A stretch of 29,822 nucleotides of DNA from an uncultured Thermotogae bacterium (GTDB lineage Bacteria; Bipolaricaulota; Bipolaricaulia; UBA7950; UBA9294), in the NCBI GenBank assembly GCA_964596555.1, contig CAZQUT010000002.1:1-29822 (forward strand). The letters run 5' to 3'. The notes under the pieces are model-generated. The model was not told where the DNA came from. It searched no databases and saw only the letters and a program-made list of their open reading frames with translations. Shown here piece after piece: positions 9,501 to 18,026 of this stretch. The position numbers and the translations under genes were made by a program. Position 1 is the first letter of the stretch. Each line of letters opens with the position of its first letter.

Positions 9501-10652
9501 TCACTCATCCCGGAGTGCCTTGGCGAGAAGTTCGAGAATGTCAAGGACTTCTACTTTCGATCCTGCCTTGCTCTTGGCATCCAGAAGTCCACTCTGACAC
9601 GCCGGGCATGCACTCACCACTGTGTCCGCTCCCGTTGCTTCCGCCTCTGTAAACCGATCGAGCTCGCAATCCACGGACATTTCCTCGTAGTCATAGCGAA
9701 CAAACGCGCCGTTTCCACAGCAGAAAGAGTTATCACGGTTACGCGGCATCTCCACCAGCCTGAGCCCAGGGATCATTTCGATCAGTTCTCGCGGTGGCTC
9801 GTAAATTCCCATGTGTCTGCCAAGATTACAGGGATCATGATAGGTAACGACACGAGACAGCTTCTTCAGCTGAACAGGGTGCTTTGCGAGCTCCCCAGTA
9901 ATAAACTCAGTCAAGTGCATCGTCTTAAACGGGAGCGGCTCGCCGAGAAGCCGCGGCATCTCTTCCCTAAACGTACGCAAGCACCCGGGGCAGGCAAAGA
10001 CAACGGTCTCTATTCCAAGGCAGGAAATGGCTTCCAGATTCATCGCCGCCGTTTTTCTTGCATGATCCATCTTCCCTGCCGCGATATAGGGATGACCGCA
10101 ACATTGTTCGTTACCAAGAAGTGTGAAATCCACTCCCAGCTTTTCGAGAACCTGATAAGAACTACGGGCGATACCGCGTCTCAGGTAAGCAGTGGTGCAA
10201 CCAACAAAGAACAGGACACCTGCTTGCCTATCAATCCTTTCTCTGTTGGGAAGCCAGGCAAGTCTCTTCTCTCCGGGTTTCTTATACGGATTGCCAAACT
10301 CGTCCACCTGAGCAAGTACATCGCTGAGGCCAGAGGGCAACAAATCCCGCTCTGCCAGGTCCTCTTTCATCGCTGCGTAGATCTCAGTGAGCGGAAGATA
10401 CTTGAAGCACTGCTCTTGGCAAGCCTCACACTCGGTACAGGCAAAGATACGTTCTGCAACATCTTCGTCATACTCTATTTCCTTGTCGATCAGGGCACGC
10501 GCGATGGCAAGCTTTCCCCGCGCGCCATACGATTCAAGCCCATACGTTGCATATGGTGGACAGATCTTCTGTCCTTCCCCTTGTTCTTGATCGAAACAGA
10601 ACGCACACCGAAGACAGCTGTAGATCTGATCTCTATACTTCTCAAGCTTCAT
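9501..10652 (-). CDS. Fe-S oxidoreductase with two 4Fe-4S motifs and two CCG domains (HdrD/GlcF/GlpC-like)
   Basis: CLRCAFC, CTECEACQEQC, FFVGC, QCCG, FACPGC, YHDPCNLGR, FCCG, SACPAC. Confidence 0.9.
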   Translation of the reverse strand: MKLEKYRDQIYSCLRCAFCFDQEQGEGQKICPPYATYGLESYGARGKLAIARALIDKEIEYDEDVAERIFACTECEACQEQCFKYLPLTEIYAAMKEDLAERDLLPSGLSDVLAQVDEFGNPYKKPGEKRLAWLPNRERIDRQAGVLFFVGCTTAYLRRGIARSSYQVLEKLGVDFTLLGNEQCCGHPYIAAGKMDHARKTAAMNLEAISCLGIETVVFACPGCLRTFREEMPRLLGEPLPFKTMHLTEFITGELAKHPVQLKKLSRVVTYHDPCNLGRHMGIYEPPRELIEMIPGLRLVEMPRNRDNSFCCGNGAFVRYDYEEMSVDCELDRFTEAEATGADTVVSACPACQSGLLDAKSKAGSKVEVLDILELLAKALRDE

Positions 10653-12069
10653 GTTTCACTCCAGTGGGGAAGAGAAGGTCGGGGTTCAAGATACCGTTCG
10701 GGTCCATCGTGGTCTTGAGCGCCTTAAACAGCTCAAAAGACGTACCGAGCTTTCCCATGATGTACGGAGAAACCCCGGCACCCAAACCGCCCGGGCTCAT
10801 CCGCCCTTCCGTGAACATCAACTCGGCGATATCGCCGCGTAACTTCATCCCGTACTCCCAGGCGTCATTTCGGCGTTCATCATACAGGGTGTCGATCCAC
10901 AGGTAGGCCCCGTTGCGGGAGAAGTATGCATCAAGACCCTTGACTCGAATCCCGTATCGGGTGAAATCCGCATCGCGCTCTTCCCGTAGATTGCGGAACA
11001 GCCGAACCGCCTTCTTCAGCCCCTGAGTGGAGACAAACCCCGCTACCTCGGGGCAGAAGTACGGCCGATCACTGTAGTATGGTCCGGGCGCGGTGTTTCG
11101 CAGCCAGGAGTACATGTGCTCCTCCCAGTAGTGCCTCGTCCCCTCCGCAGAGGAAGGGCGCCCGCCGTGCGATTCGCAGATTGCAGCAGCCTCCTGAAGC
11201 CGCTCGCGTGCCCTAGTAGCACGATCACGAACGATCAGGTGGAGGAACCCGTCACCTTCCACTCCCGCCGGTTTAGGTCCACCGAACATGCCAACAATGA
11301 ACGTCGCTGCCTCGCGCATCTGAATACCATCCGCTGCATCGATTGCATCCTGATAGTCATCAAAAGCATAAAATGCAAACAGCTCCGTCTCCGGAACCGG
11401 CCGAATGCGATATGTTACCTTGGTGATAATGCCAAGGACCCCATACGACCCCATGAATAGCCCAGCAAAATCGGGCCCGTTAGCATTTCGCTCGATCGGC
11501 TCAGAATTCGGATTAGCGGCTGAGCCAGTGTTGATTACGCTTCCATCCGGAAGAACGACCTCAAGAGACAGGACATGATCGGCGGTCATCCCATACTCTG
11601 TAGCTCCATGTGGAATAGCATTGACCGCGACTGTCCCACCGATGGTGCATGAGAAGAGTCCTCCCCCACCGGGAACAGCAAGCTCCCGTCCCAGTTTATG
11701 CAAATGGTTGTCGATTCCATGCCAGATCGCCCCTGCCTGTGCAGTGACGTATCCCGCCTGCAGATCAACGCACTCTATCCGGTTCATCCTGGTTGTTTCG
11801 ATAATGATCACGCCGTCTTTAACGCCGCTTCCCAGGAAGGTTGTTCCCCGTCCCCGCGTGTAAATCGCTTTCTTGACTTTGTTCGCGAGACGGACAATCG
11901 CGGCCACCTCTTCTGTCGATCCAGGACGGACTACCGCGTCCGGAATTCCTGCTTTGTCTGGACCACAATCCCGTGAATAGCAGATCCTATCTACCATATG
12001 ATCGCTGACATACCGCTCACCAACGATCGCTACAAGTCCTTCCTTGATATTATTATCCATAACTTTCAC
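10642..12069 (-). CDS. FAD-binding oxidoreductase (VAO/PCMH fold; GlcD/alkyl-DHAP-synthase-like)
   Basis: PDAVVRP, RGRGTT, AQAG, CTIGG, LEVVLPDG, FMGSYGVLGIIT and C-terminal DPNGILNPD. Confidence 0.87.
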   Translation of the reverse strand: MKVMDNNIKEGLVAIVGERYVSDHMVDRICYSRDCGPDKAGIPDAVVRPGSTEEVAAIVRLANKVKKAIYTRGRGTTFLGSGVKDGVIIIETTRMNRIECVDLQAGYVTAQAGAIWHGIDNHLHKLGRELAVPGGGGLFSCTIGGTVAVNAIPHGATEYGMTADHVLSLEVVLPDGSVINTGSAANPNSEPIERNANGPDFAGLFMGSYGVLGIITKVTYRIRPVPETELFAFYAFDDYQDAIDAADGIQMREAATFIVGMFGGPKPAGVEGDGFLHLIVRDRATRARERLQEAAAICESHGGRPSSAEGTRHYWEEHMYSWLRNTAPGPYYSDRPYFCPEVAGFVSTQGLKKAVRLFRNLREERDADFTRYGIRVKGLDAYFSRNGAYLWIDTLYDERRNDAWEYGMKLRGDIAELMFTEGRMSPGGLGAGVSPYIMGKLGTSFELFKALKTTMDPNGILNPDLLFPTGVKHEA

Positions 12070-13405
12070 CTATCTTCTTAACCTCCCTAATAATAGCTTT
12101 CTCATCGATTGTCGTGATCGTCCGATCGCGCATGACGATGCGCCCATTAATGATTACCGTTTCAACATCGCTCCCCTTGGCACAATAGACAAGCGCAGGG
12201 ATGATATCGTCGCTCAAGTTGAACATATGCGGAGCAGAGGGATCCATGATGACAAGGTCAGCAAGCCGTCCCTCGTCAATGGTCCCCGCGTCGACTCGGC
12301 AGGCCGCAGCTCCAACTGCGGTCGCACTGGCAAAGATATCGCGCGCATCCAGGGCAGTTGGATCCATAGCTGCCACCTTCTGCAGGAGGACCCCGGTACG
12401 CATCTCCTCAAATGGGTCCAGGAGGTCATTTGATGCCGCGCCATCGGTTCCCATAGCGACATTGACACCAACCTGCCGCATCTTCGTGATTGGAGCGATC
12501 CCACTGCCAAGCTTCATGTTGCTCTTCGGGTTGTAGACCACTGTCACCGAGCGATTCTTGGCAAGCTCTATCTCCTTATCGGTAAGGTGAACGCCATGGA
12601 CGGCAAGAATCGGGCGAGAGAGAAAACCGATCGACTCCAGGTAAGAGAGAGGAGTCTTCCCCACCGTTTCCAGGGAGTGTTGCACCTCCCACTCCGTCTC
12701 CGACACATGTGTCTGAATCCCGAGGTCATATCGCTCAGCGGTCTCCATGATCCAAGTGAGCAAGCCCTCACTACAGGTAAACGGAGCGGAGGGCCCTAGG
12801 AAGACCTGCACGAGCGGATCTTCCGATGGCATCTGATGCCAGTCCTCAATAAGCTTCAGGGTCTCTTCCCGCAACCGCTCTGGCGTAGTGATCAAATCGT
12901 CGGGGACCCACTGATCGACCATACTCATCGCAGCGATCCCGCGGATGCCCATCTCGGCCCACGCTTGCGGAACTCCGGGAAGATTCATGTCCATGTCGAT
13001 GAACGTCGTGATCCCGCTTCGAATCATCTCTATCGTCCCGAGCATCGACCAGAGATAACCAATCTCACCTACGCTCCCTTCTCGCATTCGCCGCAGCACG
13101 TTACGCACAAACGGGAAGGTCACTTCCTCGCACCACGATACGAGCGGGACGTCATCCCTCCTACCCTTAAGCATCGATTGATAGAGGTGAGTGTGTGCGT
13201 TGACAAACCCGGGCGTGACGATCCGGCCTCTTCCATCGATAACGATGGTCTCCAGTGTTATCTCCTGTGATGTGACCTGACCGATCCGCACGATCCGATT
13301 CCCTTCGATCAGCACGTCCACATCGTGCTCCACACGGTGCGCGTCCCGAACGAGATGGGAGATATTCTCGATGAGGATCATCCTTTCTCTCATGTCATCC
13401 ACCAT
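12053..13405 (-). CDS. Metal-dependent amidohydrolase/deaminase (MtaD-like, 5'-deoxyadenosine/MTA/SAH deaminase family)
   Basis: PGFVNAHTH, QTHVSET, AVHGVH, NPKSNMKLGSG, GTDGAASN. The start may instead be 13393. Confidence 0.87.
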   Translation of the reverse strand: MVDDMRERMILIENISHLVRDAHRVEHDVDVLIEGNRIVRIGQVTSQEITLETIVIDGRGRIVTPGFVNAHTHLYQSMLKGRRDDVPLVSWCEEVTFPFVRNVLRRMREGSVGEIGYLWSMLGTIEMIRSGITTFIDMDMNLPGVPQAWAEMGIRGIAAMSMVDQWVPDDLITTPERLREETLKLIEDWHQMPSEDPLVQVFLGPSAPFTCSEGLLTWIMETAERYDLGIQTHVSETEWEVQHSLETVGKTPLSYLESIGFLSRPILAVHGVHLTDKEIELAKNRSVTVVYNPKSNMKLGSGIAPITKMRQVGVNVAMGTDGAASNDLLDPFEEMRTGVLLQKVAAMDPTALDARDIFASATAVGAAACRVDAGTIDEGRLADLVIMDPSAPHMFNLSDDIIPALVYCAKGSDVETVIINGRIVMRDRTITTIDEKAIIREVKKIGESYG

Positions 13406-14384
13406 TGCAATCCCTTCCTTCTAGAAGATCGACCAAGCACTTCACGTCCACCTTCCCAGCACGGCTTACGCGCCCGCTGGAGAGGTGATTGATCGTGATC
13501 TGCGCCGGTTTGTTGATGTCATTCAGATTAGGGATCTTCTCGAAGACCCCACCCGCTTCCCGCAACACATCGCAGAACAGGCGCCCGTAAATCGAAGCGG
13601 ATTCAAATGAGAGCCGGTGCGCAAGCTCATCCAAGCCGTCATCCGGAAAGCCGTCAACAGTAAGGAGCGCAGCGCCAGCGTAGTGAATGAAGTCATCGGG
13701 GTAGGGACGATTCTCTGTGGGAGATGCGCCTCCGTTCACCGGGCACACAAGCGCTCGCCCGATCATGTGTTTGACGATATGGGGATCGACGTCCAGGCTC
13801 TCTTTCATAGTGAAGATGACGCTCTCATTCACTCGTCCCGCGATCTGCGTCGCGCCAACCACACTTGCGATCGGTGCGGCGATCAGGGTCAACATCTGCG
13901 GCAGAACGCCGCTCTTCTCAGCAAGATGGAGCGCAACCGCATCATCGGGGAGACAATCGGTTTCAATGACGGCAATCCCGATCGCATCCTTCGCGGGCAA
14001 GTCTCCATCCAAACACAGACGGATAGGACCGGAAACGCGAATCCCCGGCTTATCCGCGCTCAATGGATAGGAGGTTTGCAGTCCGTATGTTGAGAGGAGA
14101 GGATGAAACGACTCGACAGTAATCTGTGGGAGGATGAATCCCCCAAGATCGGTGAGGTCAAGCGAGACGTTGGCCAGCCCTCCATGGCAGATCTCAATCA
14201 ACAGGCGCCCTGCCTCGAATGACCCAACTACGCCAAATCCAGCGTCGATCAACGTCGCTTTGCAGGGGAGTGTCTGTACAGAGAGGCCGTATTCCCATGC
14301 GTGGTCAATCAGAATGCGCGTGAGCTCGCCCGATCGGCGGGCAATATGCGCTTGCATTCTTGAATCGAGGCTTGGACTATTCAT
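13395..14384 (-). CDS. mch: Methenyl-tetrahydromethanopterin cyclohydrolase-like protein (divergent)
   Basis: Co-linear motifs matching Mch: LIDAG, GSFEAG, EICHGGLANV, SGP.R, ETDCLP, APIASVVGATQIAGRVNE, IYGRLF, SSGRVSRAGKV. Confidence 0.82.
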   Translation of the reverse strand: MNSPSLDSRMQAHIARRSGELTRILIDHAWEYGLSVQTLPCKATLIDAGFGVVGSFEAGRLLIEICHGGLANVSLDLTDLGGFILPQITVESFHPLLSTYGLQTSYPLSADKPGIRVSGPIRLCLDGDLPAKDAIGIAVIETDCLPDDAVALHLAEKSGVLPQMLTLIAAPIASVVGATQIAGRVNESVIFTMKESLDVDPHIVKHMIGRALVCPVNGGASPTENRPYPDDFIHYAGAALLTVDGFPDDGLDELAHRLSFESASIYGRLFCDVLREAGGVFEKIPNLNDINKPAQITINHLSSGRVSRAGKVDVKCLVDLLEGRDCNGG

Positions 14385-14389
14385 ATTCT

Positions 14390-15298
14390 CTACCGTTCAC
14401 CGACCACATCAGGAAGGTAAAGCTGATGCTTTCCCCACTTCCCTCCGAATGAAGGGGCGGTGATGCGTATTGTCCCTGGAGTTGCAGCAAAGGCATCAAT
14501 CGCCGTGCGCAATCCCTCTTTGATCTCGGCAAGCCCTACTCCGATGAGCGGGTACTCGATCACCGCATCCGCGTTATCCGGGATTTTCGTTTCAACTTCG
14601 TTGCGCAGCCCGGGGCAGAACGGCTCGTTGATCGTCAAGCCTTCGTCGCGATAATTGATGCCGCCTACCTTCGCTCCGCTGATTCCACCGAGTGGATAGT
14701 TGAAGAGAGAGACACCGTAGACATCGTTGAAGATGCGATCCGATGCCTCCTGTGCCGCGATAAGACATGAAGCCGCATTCTGAGCGAAGACCTCAAGCAC
14801 GCCGTCCATACCGTTGATGATGTGGAACTGCCGCTCGATCATGATGTCTCCCGTCATGATCGGAAGGCGTATCACATCGCGCCCGCCAAGTTTCTCCTCC
14901 CGCTCGAATCCATCGCCCCATCTTCTCACATGTTCGCCAATGGCGATCATCTCCCCATCTCTTCCCTGCAGGCTTGCATCGAAAAGCGAGCAAGTGGGAA
15001 GGTGTGGCAGGATGTACAAGCGATCGAGCAAGGCTTTGCGGAATGCATCCATCCCCAACTCTGTAGGAGCGTTGAACTGAATGAGAACGCCGGGGCGGGC
15101 ATCCGGAGATTCCGTCGGGGAGACGCGTCCCTCCACGCATGCTTGCAGCGGCGCAGAAGTGATCACGGAAAAGCCGGATAAATAAGTGGCTTCTTGCAGC
15201 GCTACTCTCTCTGTCAGGGCAGTAAGCAACACACGGCAGAGATAGACATCCGTACATTCACAGTTCACTTCTTCCAGTTCGATATTCTTGTACAGCAA
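14390..15298 (-). CDS. ftr: Formylmethanofuran:tetrahydromethanopterin formyltransferase-like protein (divergent)
   Basis: RVLLTA, GFSVI, SPDARPG, LLDR, PTCSLFDA, WGDGF, LPIMTGDI, SGAKVGG, FCPGL, VIEY, FGGKWG, all in Ftr order. SD AAAGGAG upstream. Confidence 0.85.
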   Translation of the reverse strand: MLYKNIELEEVNCECTDVYLCRVLLTALTERVALQEATYLSGFSVITSAPLQACVEGRVSPTESPDARPGVLIQFNAPTELGMDAFRKALLDRLYILPHLPTCSLFDASLQGRDGEMIAIGEHVRRWGDGFEREEKLGGRDVIRLPIMTGDIMIERQFHIINGMDGVLEVFAQNAASCLIAAQEASDRIFNDVYGVSLFNYPLGGISGAKVGGINYRDEGLTINEPFCPGLRNEVETKIPDNADAVIEYPLIGVGLAEIKEGLRTAIDAFAATPGTIRITAPSFGGKWGKHQLYLPDVVGER

Positions 15299-15319
15299 TG
15301 TTTCTCCTTTTCTTGTCTT

Positions 15320-16327
15320 CTAGATCATTCTTCCGTACGCATGAAGGGCGTCACGCCTGAGAGAGAGCACGACGCGGTTGCTCGGTGCAAAAGCACGTAT
15401 TGGCGTTCCATCGAGAATTAGGGCTGCATCCGCTTCGAGGCCCACAATCTCCACGCTGTCACCATCACCAAAGCTGATCTGCCGGAGAGTGACCGGTTCG
15501 ATGGCTTCGATATCCTTCTGAACGATATGCGTTCGAATCAAGACGGCACTTGCCACAGTGAGGACTCCCTCTTTGCCTAGGTATGGTCCCCAACACATCA
15601 ACCCACTCACAGCCTTTCCACTGTAGGGAACTGGATCATTGATCGGCGAGGCAACGATCTGCCCCATCTGCGTGTCCATACTGCTAACCATTAGTAGCTC
15701 ATTCTTGTAGATTCGCGTTTTCTCCCCACAAACTGAGTGCGGCTGAGCTTCCCTCTTCGTTCCAGTGAGCATCGCACGGGCGTCTAGATCAAGGCGCACC
15801 CCATCTCTCGTTCCAAAGAAGGTATTGCTGAAAGTGACGTCGTTGAATGCAATCCCTATGTGTTCACCATTCACCCGCACATCAATTCCGTGAATCGGAC
15901 GAGCCGCGAGGCAAGACAGATCGAGCCGTTCCAAATCCCTCCCACGTATCGTTACAAGCGGTCCCACGTTGGACGACCCAGCACCGACTCCCAGGAGGCG
16001 TACCTTCGCTCCACTAGCTACTATTGTGTTTGCGACTGCGCATAGGGTCCCATCCCCACCAACGCCAATCAGCGTATCAACTTTCCTCGCAAGCATCGCC
16101 TTCGCCGCGCGTTCAATGAACGCAAAATCGGAGGTCACGGGAACATCCATTTGGATAAAGTCCTGTCCTTTTTCTTGGGCAATGGATGCACCAACTGTCC
16201 CGGACACGATCAATAGGGAGGCGATCTCAACGCGAGAGAAGAGAATGGGAAGCAGCTCCCGCATCGCTGTCTCTCCCCGTCCAGCAGCAGGATGGACAAT
16301 CAAACCGGCACGCACGATGTGGTTCAC
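15320..16327 (-). CDS. NAD-kinase / diacylglycerol-kinase superfamily protein (ATP-NAD kinase/AcoX-like)
   Basis: IVHPAAGRG, GVGGDGT, GSSNVG and AFNDV (NE/ND motif). Start placed at the GTG at 16327 (GTGA overlap, GGAGGGG SD). Confidence 0.75.
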   Translation of the reverse strand: MNHIVRAGLIVHPAAGRGETAMRELLPILFSRVEIASLLIVSGTVGASIAQEKGQDFIQMDVPVTSDFAFIERAAKAMLARKVDTLIGVGGDGTLCAVANTIVASGAKVRLLGVGAGSSNVGPLVTIRGRDLERLDLSCLAARPIHGIDVRVNGEHIGIAFNDVTFSNTFFGTRDGVRLDLDARAMLTGTKREAQPHSVCGEKTRIYKNELLMVSSMDTQMGQIVASPINDPVPYSGKAVSGLMCWGPYLGKEGVLTVASAVLIRTHIVQKDIEAIEPVTLRQISFGDGDSVEIVGLEADAALILDGTPIRAFAPSNRVVLSLRRDALHAYGRMI

Positions 16328-17151
16328 TTGATCGCCCCTCCCGTAAGACCGGAGACAAGGTATTTCTGGCCCAGCATGAACAGGATCAGGACAGGGATAC
16401 ATGCCAGCAACGCTGCTGCGCTCAATGGCCCCCACCGAACTACCCCGCCTGAACCCATGAACCGCGCCAGGAATACGGGAAGAGTGTAGTGAGCGTTATC
16501 ACGCATAATGACTAATGCAAAGAAAAACTCGTTCCACGATAGAAGCAATGAGAATGTCCCCACTGCCAGGAGCCCAGGAACGGAAAGAGGAAGAACGATC
16601 TTGACGAGCGATCTCAGCCGGCCACACCCGTCAATGCGAGCAGCTTCTTCTAAGGCAACCGGGATCTTGTCGAAGTAACCCTTAAGCAACCAGATGCCGA
16701 AGGGCATGCTGAAACTGGTGTACATAATCACAAGGCCAGGGATCGTATTCAACAAATGGTAGGTCTTCAATACGGTGAAGAGTCCCAGAACCATGATGAT
16801 CCCAGGGAAGGACTGGGTGGCAAGGAGCCACACGGAGAATATGGTTCGCCCACGAAACCTGAACCGCGATAGAGCATATCCGGCCGGCGTAGAAACGATG
16901 ATCGACAAGAGCACGGTCGCCAGGGCAACGATGCTGCTATTCTTGAAGTTCGTTATAAAGGTCGACTCGGTAAAGATCTCCTGGTAGTTGACAAACGTCA
17001 CTTCCCTTGGAACCTCCATTGGGGAAGCGATAATTTCTTGCTCTGTTTTGAACGAGTTAAACAGGAGAAAGACCATCGGAAAGGCAAGGAGGAGCATGAA
17101 CAGGACGACAAACACGTGCAACAGCACCTGTTTTACTGGGGACATCCTCAT
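16324..17151 (-). CDS. Carbohydrate-family (CUT1) ABC transporter permease, MalG-like
   Basis: NSFKT, FKNS, GYALSRFRFRGR, EAA loop LEEAARIDGC, SWNEFFFAL. Start placed at the ATG at 17151 (ATGA overlap). Confidence 0.93.
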   Translation of the reverse strand: MRMSPVKQVLLHVFVVLFMLLLAFPMVFLLFNSFKTEQEIIASPMEVPREVTFVNYQEIFTESTFITNFKNSSIVALATVLLSIIVSTPAGYALSRFRFRGRTIFSVWLLATQSFPGIIMVLGLFTVLKTYHLLNTIPGLVIMYTSFSMPFGIWLLKGYFDKIPVALEEAARIDGCGRLRSLVKIVLPLSVPGLLAVGTFSLLLSWNEFFFALVIMRDNAHYTLPVFLARFMGSGGVVRWGPLSAAALLACIPVLILFMLGQKYLVSGLTGGAIK

Positions 17152-18026
17152 CTTAGTACCTCCCGAATGTAAAAGACGATCACGACAAGAAGGCACAACA
17201 GAATAAGTAGACCGATCGCGGCTCCATAGCCCGCTTGATAGTACATGAATGCGTTTTCGTAGGCGTACAGGGGAAGAGTGAGAGACGCATTCCCCGGGCC
17301 CCCTTTTGTCAAAATGAACACGATGTCGAACATGTTGAATGTCCAAATCGTCTCCAGAGTAAAGATTATCAGTACAACTTTCTTGATGCTCGGGACGATG
17401 ATGTTAACCTGAGTCTGAATATAGCTCGCCCCGTCGATTGCTGCAGCATCGACGATATCTTTATTGATCGTCTGCAGCCCGGCAAGAAGCATTACAGTGA
17501 CAAATGGAATCCCCATCCAAATATTGGTGATGATGCATGTCCAGAGAGCAAGCTGCGGATCAGTGAGCCAATTGGGCGGATGGGCCATGCCCAAAGAATG
17601 GAGGACAGTATTCAGTGGCCCGCCGTTAAGAAAGATGTAGCGCCACATTAGTGAGACAACAACCGGAGGCAGGGCCCAAGGAACGAGAGCTATTCCGCGG
17701 AACATCCTTCGGAAACGCAGGAAGCGGGAATTAAGCATTGTGGCCAGCCAATAGGAAAGGACAAACTGCATCCCAACGCTGGTTATCGTCCAGACAAGGC
17801 TGTTACTGAATGCACGCAGGAAAAGGGGATCCTGAAACAGAAGTCCCACATTTTGGAAGCCGACAAACACGGTCTCTCGTGCGAGAGCACGGTAAGTGTA
17901 GAACATCCGCGTAATTCCCTGTATCAATGGATACAGGCTGACACCACAGAGAACAACTAACGCTGGAATGAGAAAGGGAATGGCTCGGCGCTCTTCGTTG
18001 AATGCTCCGCGATTGCTGTGCATCAT
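17148..18026 (-). CDS. Carbohydrate-family (CUT1) ABC transporter permease, MalF-like
   Basis: FVGFQN, PWALPPVV, W.GIPF, EAA loop DAAAIDGAS, TKGGPGNAS. Confidence 0.93.
   Translation of the reverse strand: MMHSNRGAFNEERRAIPFLIPALVVLCGVSLYPLIQGITRMFYTYRALARETVFVGFQNVGLLFQDPLFLRAFSNSLVWTITSVGMQFVLSYWLATMLNSRFLRFRRMFRGIALVPWALPPVVVSLMWRYIFLNGGPLNTVLHSLGMAHPPNWLTDPQLALWTCIITNIWMGIPFVTVMLLAGLQTINKDIVDAAAIDGASYIQTQVNIIVPSIKKVVLIIFTLETIWTFNMFDIVFILTKGGPGNASLTLPLYAYENAFMYYQAGYGAAIGLLILLCLLVVIVFYIREVLR

Noticed and set aside
13395-15298. Reading ftr and mch as evidence of methanogenesis or methylotrophy
   Set aside because: No fwd/fhc, mtd, mer, mtr, mcr or cofactor-biosynthesis genes are in the window, key motifs are altered, and the context is bacterial and catabolic.
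16328-17346. Longer ORF-track starts (16435, 17346, 9544, 24497, 25999, 21014)
   Set aside because: They overlap upstream genes or promoters. Internal starts with SD sequences or 4-bp stop/start overlaps fit better.
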